Positions 52,482 to 64,000 of a stretch of 64,000 nt of DNA are shown piece after piece. This stretch comes from the human T2T-CHM13v2.0 reference genome, Homo sapiens, in NCBI RefSeq assembly GCF_009914755.1, contig NC_060933.1. One strand, given 5' to 3'. A model generated the notes under the pieces. It was not told the origin of the DNA. It searched no databases and saw only the letters and a program-made list of their open reading frames with translations. The translations under genes were made by a program, and so were the position numbers. Numbering within the stretch: position 1 is the stretch's first letter; each line of letters begins with the position of its first letter.

Positions 52482-55400
52482 CTAGTAAAGAACATTTAAA
52501 ATTTATGTGTTTGTGTGGGGGGACACATTATAAATCAATTGGCCCACTAAAATAATGGACGAGTAGTTAAAAATACACTGTTTAAAAGGATGTTAATCGT
52601 GATGTCTCATATGAAAATCAAAAGACTCAAGTTGACAAGTAAAACATTTAACACCCAATTAAACCCAACATCAGCAATGTTTAATTTCAGCAAAACATCA
52701 TCTGTTACATTAAAGTTGTTAATTTGTATTTTATTAACGTTATAATTTTATCTGTATTTAGTTTGTAATTTTGTTTAGGTTGTGTAAAAACACTGAATTT
52801 ATAGCTAAACATTACAGAACTTTGTATTTGCATGTATCTAAGTAGCATTATTAAAAAACTCATTTGGATAAACATTGAGACTTTAGGAGAATTTATTTCC
52901 CTTTAAAAGAGTTCTGTACATAACTTACATTTAAGAAACTCCCTCATGACAATTCCATGAGATAGTTACTGTTACCCAAATTTTAAAGATGAAGAAACTG
53001 AGACTTAACAAAGGTAAGTAAAATTGTCTAAGGTCATGCATGTAGCAAGATACTATTGAAGCTGAAACATGAACCCAGGTTTGCCTAAATTCAAAGTCTG
53101 TGCTGCCGCACTTAGAGGGAAAGATGGTACTGGAGCCCCGGGAATAGCCGGTGTGAGGGCCTCTAAAGGTCAGAAGGCGACATGGGCTTCCTGGTATTTG
53201 AAAGGCAGGAACGGGTGTAAAAAAGGGGAAGAGGTCTTAGAAAGCAAGGTGGGACACAGTGCTGGGTCAGGTGTCCTCCTGGCAGCCCACAGACACCTGA
53301 AGTTTCAGTCATTCCTTCTCCATGAAGCCCTGTGCTGGGTGCTCAGGATACAGAGAGACAATAAGACTGTGCCTTCCTAGTCTTCAAGAAGTTAATGGTC
53401 TTGCTACTAACTCAGAGGATGTGTGCTCATAAGAGGACTCATTTGAAAGTATGTAGATCCTCGATGTTTACCCACTGCCCATGTTCACTGAAAGTTATTC
53501 CAATTCAGCTTTTTCAGTCCAGCTGAGCAATGTCCACCTAAACACTACCCCTCCTCTGCTATAAAACAAAGTCGGAGAAGAAAAATGTAGAAGTGGCAGA
53601 GATCTACTCAGTAACCCATTCAAGAAATACGTGTGACAGATCTATCACAGTAATGGAGTGATGGTGAGTATTGTGGGCACAGATAATTCAGTTCTTGCTC
53701 TCCAAGGGTTGTTTATTAATAGTAACAATAACAGCAGCTAACACTAAGATGATGCGTACATATGCTAAACACTGTTCTAAGTGCTTCAGATCTATTAACT
53801 CATTTAATCCTCATAACTGATCTGTGAGGTAGGTATTATTATCTCCATTTCACTGAGCCACAGAAAAGTTAAATATTCATCCAGGACCACACACACTAGT
53901 AAGGGCAAGGCTAGGATCGGCATCCAAGCGATCTGGCTCACAGCCCACCATGCTGTCACCTACTGCACTATAGCAGTGGCTGAATGTCAGCCTTAAGACA
54001 GTGAGATTCACAGGTTAAACCAACACCAGATTCCCCAGCCTCAATCTTTCAGCAGAGGGTTGGAAAGGGCATGGACTTTAAAGTCAGGGATGGCGTCAAA
54101 TCCAGGCCTAAGAACAATATTGCTCACCCTCAGGTTCCACGCCTCTAAATTGTTCATAAAAACTGGGCTATTTTGGGATTAAGTGAGATAGCATATGCAT
54201 AGTTGGCCCTTAGTAAGTATTAGTTCACTCCCTATGTCAAACCTACTTGCCTCTTTCTGTTTCAGCTTAGTGTCTTCCCAGCCACTTCTTGTCCCTCCTC
54301 TACTGGGAGACAAATGGAAGGAGGAAAGGGGGGAAATGACGAGGAGGAGTAGTTACGGCTTTATTTATTTTGCTGGGATTTCCTTCTCTGAAACTTTAGA
54401 CACATCCCTACAGACTCCTGAAGGTCTGCTCTGTTCTGCATCTATAGGAGAAGCTTTACTAACTTAGAATATAGACCAGAAAGGCGAGTAAGAGGTTGCT
54501 GAACCAAGAAAATACACACAGGGCAAACGGTCAGTAATCTGTACTATTTCATCAGACGACTGAGAAAAAGAAAATTTATTGACACTTTTGTTCTTAATGC
54601 TCACATATAAAGATTTCACTTTACCTCGTGTTTTCAGAAACACTCCAGACACATCAAATAAACTCTCTTGAATTTTAAAATAGAAAAAGGATTGACTGGG
54701 CTATGTGTGTGTCTGGGAGTGGGAACACAGGGATGGGAGTAATTCAGGATCAAAAAACAGAGTATTAAGTTTAAAGCAGTTGTTACTCTCTGCCTTCCCC
54801 CTCCTTCCTATTCTCCAGAAGGCAGGGTTCATAGTGAAACACTGTGTAGTCTTAGATGCCCCTCCTGGAAAGGCATATGAATCCTAGCCCCACTCCACTC
54901 TACTGAAAACTCAGTGATTTAAAGCCTCTTGCTTTAAAAAAGGACTTCTGGTTCAAAAGACTGCTATGATCATGTGTTAACATTCATGTAGAAAAAGTTC
55001 TAGTCATATTAATAATCAATAAAAATGCAAGTAAAAACTATCGAAATGCCACTGTGTATATCTTTTAGAGTAGAAAAAAAAACTTCTAATACCTTGTAAT
55101 GGTAAAACTATAAAAATGATTTTAGGAATTCTGTTGGTAACATTGTAAATTAGGACATCTTTCAGAGGGCTATTGTCAATAAAAAGTGAGTCTAAAGATG
55201 TTTTTACTCTGACCAATAATCCTACTTACAAGGCATGATCCTAAGGAAGTTGTTCAACAGAATAAAAGGTATATAGATAATGACCATCATCATCAAATTA
55301 CTTATTAAAACCACACAAGGAAGCAATCTAAATATTCTGTGATCGGCTTCCACTACAACCCATACACTTTTCTTTTATACTGCTTATCACATTTTAATTA

Positions 55401-55509
55401 TTTGACAACTGTCTCACTACTAGATAGTAAGCTCCATGAGGGTAGTGCTGTCTCTGCCTAGATCTCTGGCACATAAATACAGACTGTAGGAATTAAGAAC
55501 AAATACTGA

Positions 55510-55823
<314 letters not shown>

Positions 55824-56389
55824 CTAATTTAATGTCAAGTAAAAATAACACAAAAATATGTGTGCTACAAGTGAAACTGAGTAACATATACACACGATTA
55901 TTATACAAGATTAAAAATAGTTAAGATGGAGGCATCATTGGCCAACTTTTCAATTATTTTAAATATCCTTTAAAGTTATTTTAGTACCTCTGAAATGAAA
56001 AAGCAGGAAAAAATTTGCTGTTATTTACACCAAACTTGACCTTGTAGTAGGGATGAAACGGCCACCATGAAAGCCTGAGGGCCCACTCCCCAGCTTACCC
56101 CCAGGTACTCAGTTATTCTTTCTTTGCTCAAGGGTAGAAAGAGCCAAAATACTCATATATCATATGTAGCATAACCCTATTTTCTGTAACAATCTCAAAC
56201 AAAGGCAGTATGTTGAGAGAGACAGGGAAATGTCTTCTAAAGCAATCCCTTTTGAGCAGTGAATTTGCTGGTTACTAACAGCAGGGGGTGCCAAAGGGAT
56301 CGCTATTGTTCCCAGGAGACAGCCATGAGAAGGACTGCTGAGGCCTAGGTTGAAAAAAAGCTTAGGTTTGAGAGTAAAATCCAAATGCA

Positions 56390-56850
56390 GCAGGTTTTCC
56401 CTTAACAACTGGGACATGTGGATAAAACTCAGGAGCTCATAAACTTGAATGGATAAAAACTACATTTTAATTTTCACTAACTTCTAATATTTTGCATTTC
56501 CTTGATTTATAAGTGTAGGCAAACAATCACAGCAGAATCACAGTGCCAGTGACTCTGTCATGAACAGAAGTCATAGCTAACACTACAGCACATTACAGCT
56601 GTTGCAGATTTCTCAAATACCATTTATGCTCATCACCGCTTTGAAACAACAGGCTTCAGGAGTTACTGTTAGGTATACAGCTGGATATTGTTTAATCTAC
56701 TAGTAAAGCCACACATATTACTATATCATGAATTTGTTCAATAATCTGATAACTTTAAATAACAGAATACTTTTATATTCCAGTGGATTTTATTTTATGC
56801 ATTTACACACGCTTTTCTGAGAAAGGCACAAAAAAAAAGCTGAAGACATG
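56390..56850 (+). mobile_element. Charlie4-like hAT DNA transposon remnant
   Basis: aaacttgaatgg...ttttcactaacttctaa...tgtaggcaa...cattacagctgttgcagat...ttttattttatgcattta...ttctgagaa. Confidence 0.7.
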
Positions 56851-57289
56851 TGCTCAGTCTCAAGGCAGGCAACTGACAGGGAAGGTCAAATTTGGTCTGA
56901 GAGAAAATTATTTTAAGTCACAAGAGAGAAGTGGCCACAGTGCACATTTTCAGTTAGTGTGTATTCCTCGCAGAGAAGGTGCAAACCTAGAAGTTTTGCT
57001 TCACAGGCTCCCAGTGCACCAGTGTTTCCAGAGGCCTGGCTCTGGACATGCCGTTCAGAGATCTGCTTCACACAATGTGCCACTGCAAAGCAGTCTGCGT
57101 AGCCTAGGTGCAGAGGCATGAAATACAATGCGAATGTCGTCCTCAGCACCTCTCTGGGAGTCATCGTTATTACCAGTGGACTCTCCAGATGCCAAATATC
57201 ATTTATTTGATGAACAAAACCAAAATCAGATCCAAAATGCTAGAAGGTTGGGATGAGATACCGAGAGAAGTAATAGAGTCAGTACTCAC

Positions 57290-57466
57290 ATTCGAACAAA
57301 GAGTGACTCTTTGGATGTCAGACCAGGAGATGAGTACTTTTCAACCAGGGCCAAAGTACTGAAGCCAAACTTATGAATGGGCTCATTGGAATCCAGCGGG
57401 GGGAAATCGGTGTCCACCTCCCCATCATCCTCAGCAATATGCAGGCAGTAGGCACTGACATTGTCA
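57290..57466 (-). CDS. MAPKAP1: MAPKAP1 coding exon (probably exon 6), 177 nt, C-terminal CRIM domain with its acidic loop
   Basis: Acceptor ggttttcctttcag|T GAC AAT and donor CGA AT|gtgagt. Translates [58 protein letters not shown], recognised as SIN1. Phase 2 at both ends. Confidence 0.98.
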
Positions 57467-57960
57467 CTGAAAGGAAAACCAAAAAGGCGAGTGAATACCA
57501 AGGTAGGGAAGGGACAAGAAGACCAGAGGGTATGGTGCACAGCAAGCAAATTGAGGAGACTGCTTTTCTTTACCCCAAGCCTGGTGATACAGTAAAAAAT
57601 CCCAAATCCTACTTCATTTGATAGAGAGAATACACATGGCAATGCAAAGGGGAGAAAAACAGTGTGAAATGAAGGTCTTTATACTACTCTATTCTTGCAA
57701 CATTCACTGAGCCCTATTGCAGCTACGACAAAGAACCTAACCTCTTAGATCAAAGGTGAGATTTAGTATCAGCCCTAAAAGCAGCTTACAGCATAGTAGG
57801 GAGGAAAAGTAATAAGCATTACACTAGCTACAATACAAATGTAAAAAATATATATATAAAACAGATACAAACAAAACTGTAAAGGGGGGAAGATTATCTG
57901 GCCTCGGGGAAGGCAGGGGTCAGAGGCCTTTGATTTATGGTTAGGATTAAGAAAATATCT

Positions 57961-58267
57961 GGACAGGCATGGTGGCTCATGCCTGTAATCCCAGCACTTT
58001 GGGAGGCTGAGGCAGGCAGATCGCTTGATCCCAGGAGTTCAAGACTAGCTAGGCAACATGGCAAAACCCCATCTCTGCTAAAATACAAAAATTAGCCAGA
58101 CATGGTGGTACGCGCCTGTAGTTCCAGCTACTCAGGAGGCTGAGGTGAGAGGATCACTTGAGCCCGTGAGGTCGAGGCTGCAGTGAGCTATGATGGTGTT
58201 ACTTCACTCCAGCCTGGGCAACAGAGTTAAGACCCTGTCTCAAAAAAATAAAATTAAAATTAAAAAA
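57961..58267 (+). mobile_element. AluJ
   Basis: Full dimer; TSD aagaaaatat. Confidence 0.9.
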
Positions 58268-61200
58268 GAAAATATTTGTGCTCTAGATCAGGAGAAATAC
58301 TCAAGGTAACCAAGACAATCCATACAGTTCTCCCTTCTCTAAAGAGTATCTAAGTCAGTTGGTAGAATCTGACTTCAAACACCATGGATCCTTAGCAGAG
58401 TAAAAGCAAATGACTGGATTAGTCCTGACACAGATACCTGGTCCTCTTGACTACTTCTGCACACTTCCCACTCCCTAGAATGTCCAGACAGTACTCCCAG
58501 ATTGCAGTCTTGCCCAGTTTAGAATCAACACATACCCTCTTTGGGGGAAGTAAAAAGTTGATCTGTTCAAAGAGGATGGGAAACTATACCAACATACAGA
58601 CAGTGTAAGAGTGCAATCAATTCAATTGCTCCAAACCGCAAACCTGCGAGCTTCAGAATTATGCTAGCTTCAGAAGCAGGAACCCAATAGCTCACAAGGC
58701 AGTAGAATTCTAAATTCTGCAGCTTAAGTTTGGAGTTTTAATTACATGATTGATGCTTAAATTAATTAATTGCAAAGTGTATGCTAATTGTTTAATTGGT
58801 TGGTTGATCTATATAGATCATTTTTTGAATTAAATGAGTTGATTTACCAAGTTTATTGACTGGATGTGACAATGAATTATTTCACTGACTACCTGACTTG
58901 CAATTTTCCCAATTAATTCACAAATCTTTAGCTGCAACTCTGCTTATTGCAAGAGAGGGAGCCTACTTCAGGCGATCTATACTCAGTGAGTCTGTCATGA
59001 CTAAGAGATATTTATTATAAAAAACAAGTAATAAGGACAAATTAAAATTAATGGAAACTGTAAATTTGCTAAATGGATTGATAACAAGAAAGTAATCTAG
59101 CTATGTTTGTCACTTTACATTTCAGGTATTTGTAATGCTGTTAAGATATTTAAAATTCATCTTTGAATGGCATGGGAAACTTTTGGATCTCTGCAGCCGG
59201 GTACTAACTTAAAAACAGAACAATTAGAGAGGCAAAAGAAAGCACTTTGGATGAGGAAAATGTCATGGTATACTGGCTAAGAGAGCTCTGTGGTCAGAAC
59301 GAGTTCAAATTTCAGCTCCATGGCTCATGGCTATGTGATTTCAGAGAATAAGCTTCACCTCGAGTTTCAGTTTCCACTTCTATAAAAAGGGTATAATCGT
59401 CCCTCAGAGATTGTAAAGATTAGATCAGATAATATATGTAGTGTCTGGCATGTAACAGAAGTAAAAAATAAATGGGAAGGTAACTATAATAAGAAAGTCA
59501 TATGGAAACTAACTTATAGTTGCACCAATCCTTAAACACAAATTGTGGATGCATATTAAGCAACAATGCATCTGAGCAGCATGTTCTATGTACACACAAC
59601 TGTAATGGGAGTCAACATGTCCACTGTGTTCCAACCTTGGAACCTTGGGTCACTGAGCCCCCAGGGTTTTATGAACAGGGCAGACATGGATGGAACAAGC
59701 AACAGACAGCACAGATTATTTATTGCCATGTAAATCAACCTGAGGAATGTTTGATTCTCCAGCATCACAGAGGTTCAGGGGCAAATAATAAGCCTATTGA
59801 TCAAAGCAGAAAAGTCCAACAATGATATCAGAAGAATTCTGCTTTGATTGTTAAGGGACATCCCCAAATCCTCTCAAAACAAATTCAATAAATATCACAG
59901 GCTAAGATTTGAGATGCAAAAGGTTCACTGCCAAGTGCTATTATTCTCCCCAGTTCTTAAATATGAAGTGTGAAATCATTCATTCAAAACACATTTGTAA
60001 AGTGCCCCCCTGGGCTGTGGCCTGTCCTGAGCATCAGGAACAGAGGAAGGAAAAGAAGACTGATTCCTGCCATATTATACAAGATGAATAGAAGCCTCTT
60101 CTGGGTCATCAGTAAAGTCTAGCAGTAAATAGTGCTCCAACTCCTCTGACCCCTTAATTGAAAATCTGAGGAGATAATGACTAAAATTCTATATTCTACA
60201 CATGGACATACTGGTTCCTTTGGTGCTTTTATAAAGGAATCATTAGTAAAAGAAGCTACTGTGATATTTTGACTTCTAAAACTGCTTCAGGACTCCAAAT
60301 TAGTACTAGTACAATACCAGCAGTATCATTAGCTACATTTATTGAGTACTATAAGCCAGACACTCTGCAAAGCGGCTTAGATATATAAGCTCACTGAAAC
60401 TTCACATCAACTTTGTAAATGAATCATTTATATTTCTATTTTACAAATTAGATAACTGAGCCTCAATAGGATTAGGTAGCTTGCTCAAGATTAAACAGCA
60501 TGTAAGTGACAGGGCTGAGATTCAAATCCAGGCAGCCAAGAGCTGTCCCTCTTGACCCCCACCCATTCCTCTGCCAAAGCCATAGTGTGTCAAGACTTCC
60601 TGAGGCACTTGAGAACCCAATCACCTATGGAAATATGACACACTTTGATGAGAAGAAGGAAACCATGACATATTACTTATAAAAAGTTAGATTTAGTTCA
60701 ACCTCCTTGCTTTTACAGATGGGAAATGGAGGCAGAGAAAAGAGGGATAACATGCTCATGATCACCCAATTAAACAGAGGCAAAGCTGGTCTTGAAAACT
60801 CTGGTGTCCCCACTTCTTGTCCATTATTCTTTAAACAAATAAAAAACTGGTGGACTTTGAAATGGGGAGAGAAAAGAAAGGGGGCAGCTCTGGTCCCTGC
60901 CTCAGGAAACCCCCCGATACAGACATCTCAGAGTTTACAACACAATGGAAACAGGGGCACTTCCCATGACACAGCTTGGTGGAAAGAACAGGGATTTTGC
61001 AGACACAACTGGTTTTAATGCTAACTCAAATTCTTAGACCAAATCTCTTTGAGCTCCATTTTCTTATCGGAAAAACAGCTTTCCTTGATTTCTCTAGGAG
61101 AATAGCTTGGATCTCCGAAATTCAAGCAATTCTCCTTTGTGGTCTTACAAAATTTGGTCAATATTTCTGTATATCACTAATCATATTGCTTTTTCCTATT

Positions 61201-61358
61201 TCTGCATCTGTATTCTAAAGAGCAAGGATTCTTCTATTATCTCTCCATACTTACTAAAGAGTAAAATGACTGGCATTTAGAAGGTACTTAACAAACATTT
61301 GTTGAATAAATCAAGATATGAATGTGTAGACTGAATCACTCTATGAAGAAAGCAAAGG

Positions 61359-61668
61359 GTATTATTATTATTATTATTATTATTATTTTTGAGATGGAGT
61401 CTTGCTCTTGTCACCCAGGCTAGAGTGCAATGGCACGATCTCTGCTCACTGAAACCTCTGCCTCCCAGTTTCAAGCGATTCTCCTGCCTCAGCCTCCCAA
61501 GTGGGATTATAGGTGCCTGCCACCACACCTGGCTAATTTTTGTATTTTTAGTAGAGACAGGGTTTCGCCATGTTGGCCAGGCTGGTCTCGAACTCCTGAC
61601 CTCGTGATCCACCCGCCTTGGCCTCCCAAAGTGCTGGGATTATAGGCGTGAGCCACCATGCCCAACCA
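61359..61668 (-). mobile_element. AluSg-like with a (TAA)n tail
   Basis: Full dimer; TSD agcaaagggtattatta. Confidence 0.92.
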
Positions 61669-63359
61669 GCAAAGGGTATTATTAGTGAGGTATGTGTTAA
61701 TGAGAAGAGGGAAAGTAATAACCTTCTTTTTGTGTTCTTGCTTTTCACAGTGATATCTGTTAACCAAATAGGGCTTTCTAGGCAATGCACATGTGTCAAA
61801 GATTGTAATTCAAGACTAGAGGAGAAGGCAGCACAGGCAAAGGTGAGGATGAAAGGGGAATTTTTATAGTCCATCAAGATATGAATACTGGCATCTCACT
61901 TTTTATGGAGAAAAAACAGAAATGATGATACTATGTAAAAATTTTCAATTGTCACACATGAAAAGACTAGAAATAAATGTAATGTACCAAATGGGTTAAG
62001 TTTACACATACATTTAAGTCACGAGCCCTCTTTTCCTTCTAATTTTATACACTTTCCAAATATCCTGAGTACATATAACTTTTATTTTCCTTTCTTTATA
62101 AAAGATTTATTTTTGATGAGGGTAGCACATTTTTATTGTGCACAATTTAGAAATTTGAAGCAGTATGAAGAATGCAGGGAAATCTCTTAGCCCACCACAC
62201 AGAGAATCACTTGTCCTGGAGACCCTGAGCATTGTCAGCCTCACTCACGTCCCCTTGTTCCTAAGTGGTCATTTTCTCTACCGAGTTCTGGAATTATGAA
62301 GGAAGTAACCATATCTACTGCATAAGGGTCTTGTAAGGATTGAATGATTGAATTTATTGCACAGTGCCTGCATGAAGAAAGATTCTCATGTTGCTAAGAT
62401 TTCTTGCACCGCTCTTAAGCTTCTGATTACGCAGAAGCTGGATTAACTATCTCACAGTAGCAGGGCAGACAGTAGCATGGCAGACAGCATGAAGCAGAGA
62501 CCTAAAAGTCCTGTTTCTGAGTCACCACCAGAGAAAGACGAATGATCAAAAGAACAATGAACAAGTACAGGATAACTGGATCCACAGGAAGAGACTTAAT
62601 TTTAGAGTTGGTTTGGCATAAAAAGAGCAGTACCTTTCATGGGACCAGGAAGTCTCCATGAGAATTGGAAGTTTGAACAACGAATGGATGCAAAATAGAG
62701 CCTGCTGCCAAAAGAGAGGTGGGTGTGGGGGTGTACAGGGCAGAATATATATGATACATAAATCATATCTCCAAATCTTTAATGAGTACAACTTTCACTT
62801 ATTCATGTTCCATCAGATAAGATTAAAATTTTCCATTAAAAAATTTATTTCATTGAATTGTTTAACCAATATTCATTTTATGTTCAAAGGCCAGTATAGC
62901 TTTCACAAAGCGACAGAAGCCTGTAGCCCATATATAGATAGCATTTAATCCATATGTGAGAATTCAGGAGCATTCCAGGAGGCATCCCAGATTTCTCCCA
63001 AATGTGATCTGGCATGTTCAATTTACATACTCATAAAAATTCACTCATCCTCGGAAAATGTAAAACACACTTAAGTATGATGACCAGATAGATGAATGCT
63101 TATTGTTTTTTTTTTACATGAAAAATAAAAGAGCACATGATTTTTAAATGTCCAGAACTCTCATTACTTGGGCTTTGGTGTTTATTTTGATGAAAGAATC
63201 AATATTAATAGTGTATTGGGCATTAGCAAGGGAAAAAAGGTCATGAGGATTGCAGCTCAGAAGCTGATCTCTCTGAAATCAGAGAAAAGGCGTTTAAGGT
63301 GATCAAGATTTCCTTTTCTCCAAAACCCCTCAGGAAAGTGAGGTCCAAAAAAACCTCAG

Positions 63360-63520
63360 GAAGTTAGATAACTTCCTGATCCTCAGTTTCTCTCCTGCAA
63401 AAAAAAAAAAAAAAAAAAAAAAAGGTTATTATCTATAACTTACAGAGATGTTGTAAGGAATAAAATAATACACTTGAAGTGCTTAGCATGTGGTGTAACA
63501 CATAGTAGGCCCTCCAGTGT
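63360..63520 (+). mobile_element. MIR containing an expanded poly(A) run at ~63399-63423
   Basis: cctcagtttctctcctgcaaaa...ttacagagatgttgtaagg...aagtgcttagca. Confidence 0.7.
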
Positions 63521-63940
63521 GTATCTACCAACCCATTAACTAGCAGTGTGGTGACTAGCAATTGGGAAATGTTGATAATGGGTTTTCTTTCTGTCTAGGT
63601 CACGGAACAAAATGTATGCAATAATTCCACATCTGTCACTTAAATAAAATACATCAGCAGGTTGAGAAATCTAACTTGGTGATTTTTACTGAATAAAATT
63701 CTATATACAGTCAGAAGCTTATTTTAGCACACACCTGAAGAAGGGCCTCCTTGGCATGGCAAGGGTAGAGAATTTCAGTCCAGATCTTTAAATGTTCCTA
63801 TGTTCTCTCACCCATTCCACAAATTATTCATTGAGTATTTGCTATGTGTTAAGCATTGTGTATGGACTGAGGAATACAAGCCCATAAAACAGACACAGTC
63901 CAGACTCAAAACTATCCTACTACAACTTATAAGACTTCTT

Positions 63941-64000
63941 GCTGGGTGTGGTGACTCACACCTATAATCCTAGCACTTTGGGAGGTCAAGGCAGGCAGAC
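63941..64000 (+). mobile_element. Alu 5' end (cut by the window edge)
   Basis: gctgggtgtggtgactcacacctataatcctagcactttgggagg. Confidence 0.9.

Noticed and set aside
57467-57642. N-terminal extension of ORF 57286..57642 (MPCVFSLS...FGFPFS)
   Set aside because: It lies upstream of the AG acceptor at 57467-57468, includes the pyrimidine tract, and does not match SIN1.
63399-63423. Poly(A) run as the tail of a processed pseudogene
   Set aside because: It lies at the tgtaaaatgg position within a MIR core, with MIR sequence on both sides and no TSD; this is simple homopolymer expansion.

Overview
Repeat-rich human (primate) intronic DNA that lies entirely within MAPKAP1 (SIN1, an mTORC2 subunit), transcribed on the minus strand. 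Three canonical coding exons are present, each with verified AG/GT boundaries and compatible phases. They are 57466-57290 (177 nt, end of the CRIM domain), 40825-40716 (110 nt, Ras-binding domain) and 4069-3962 (108 nt, symmetric and skippable). A fourth exon, missed by the ORF track, is an alternative terminal exon at 19418-~19123. It adds G-A-C-D-stop, has its own AATAAA, and matches my recollection of the PH-less Sin1-gamma/Sin1.5 isoform. The rest comprises about 24 Alus, a full-length 7SL retropseudogene, MIR, L2, L1 and DNA-transposon fossils, and several repeat-free, motif-dense blocks. Those blocks look like conserved non-coding elements, including a probable ultraconserved pair about 1 kb downstream of the 110-nt exon. 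I found no prokaryote-type or otherwise wholly new genetic system. The most unusual unexplained structures are: a ~180-bp non-Alu inverted duplication that appears to record an inversion by template switching (11519-12276); a palindromic 19-bp Alu-derived minisatellite; a 125-bp fold-back hairpin; a ~110-bp templated insertion; two cases of Alus re-using one target site; several exact transcription-factor-site palindromes (MEIS-MEIS, GATA-GATA, ETS-GATA-ETS); and a candidate in-frame 60-nt cryptic exon. Repeat family names and boundaries were assigned by eye and are approximate. Conservation cannot be measured from a single sequence.
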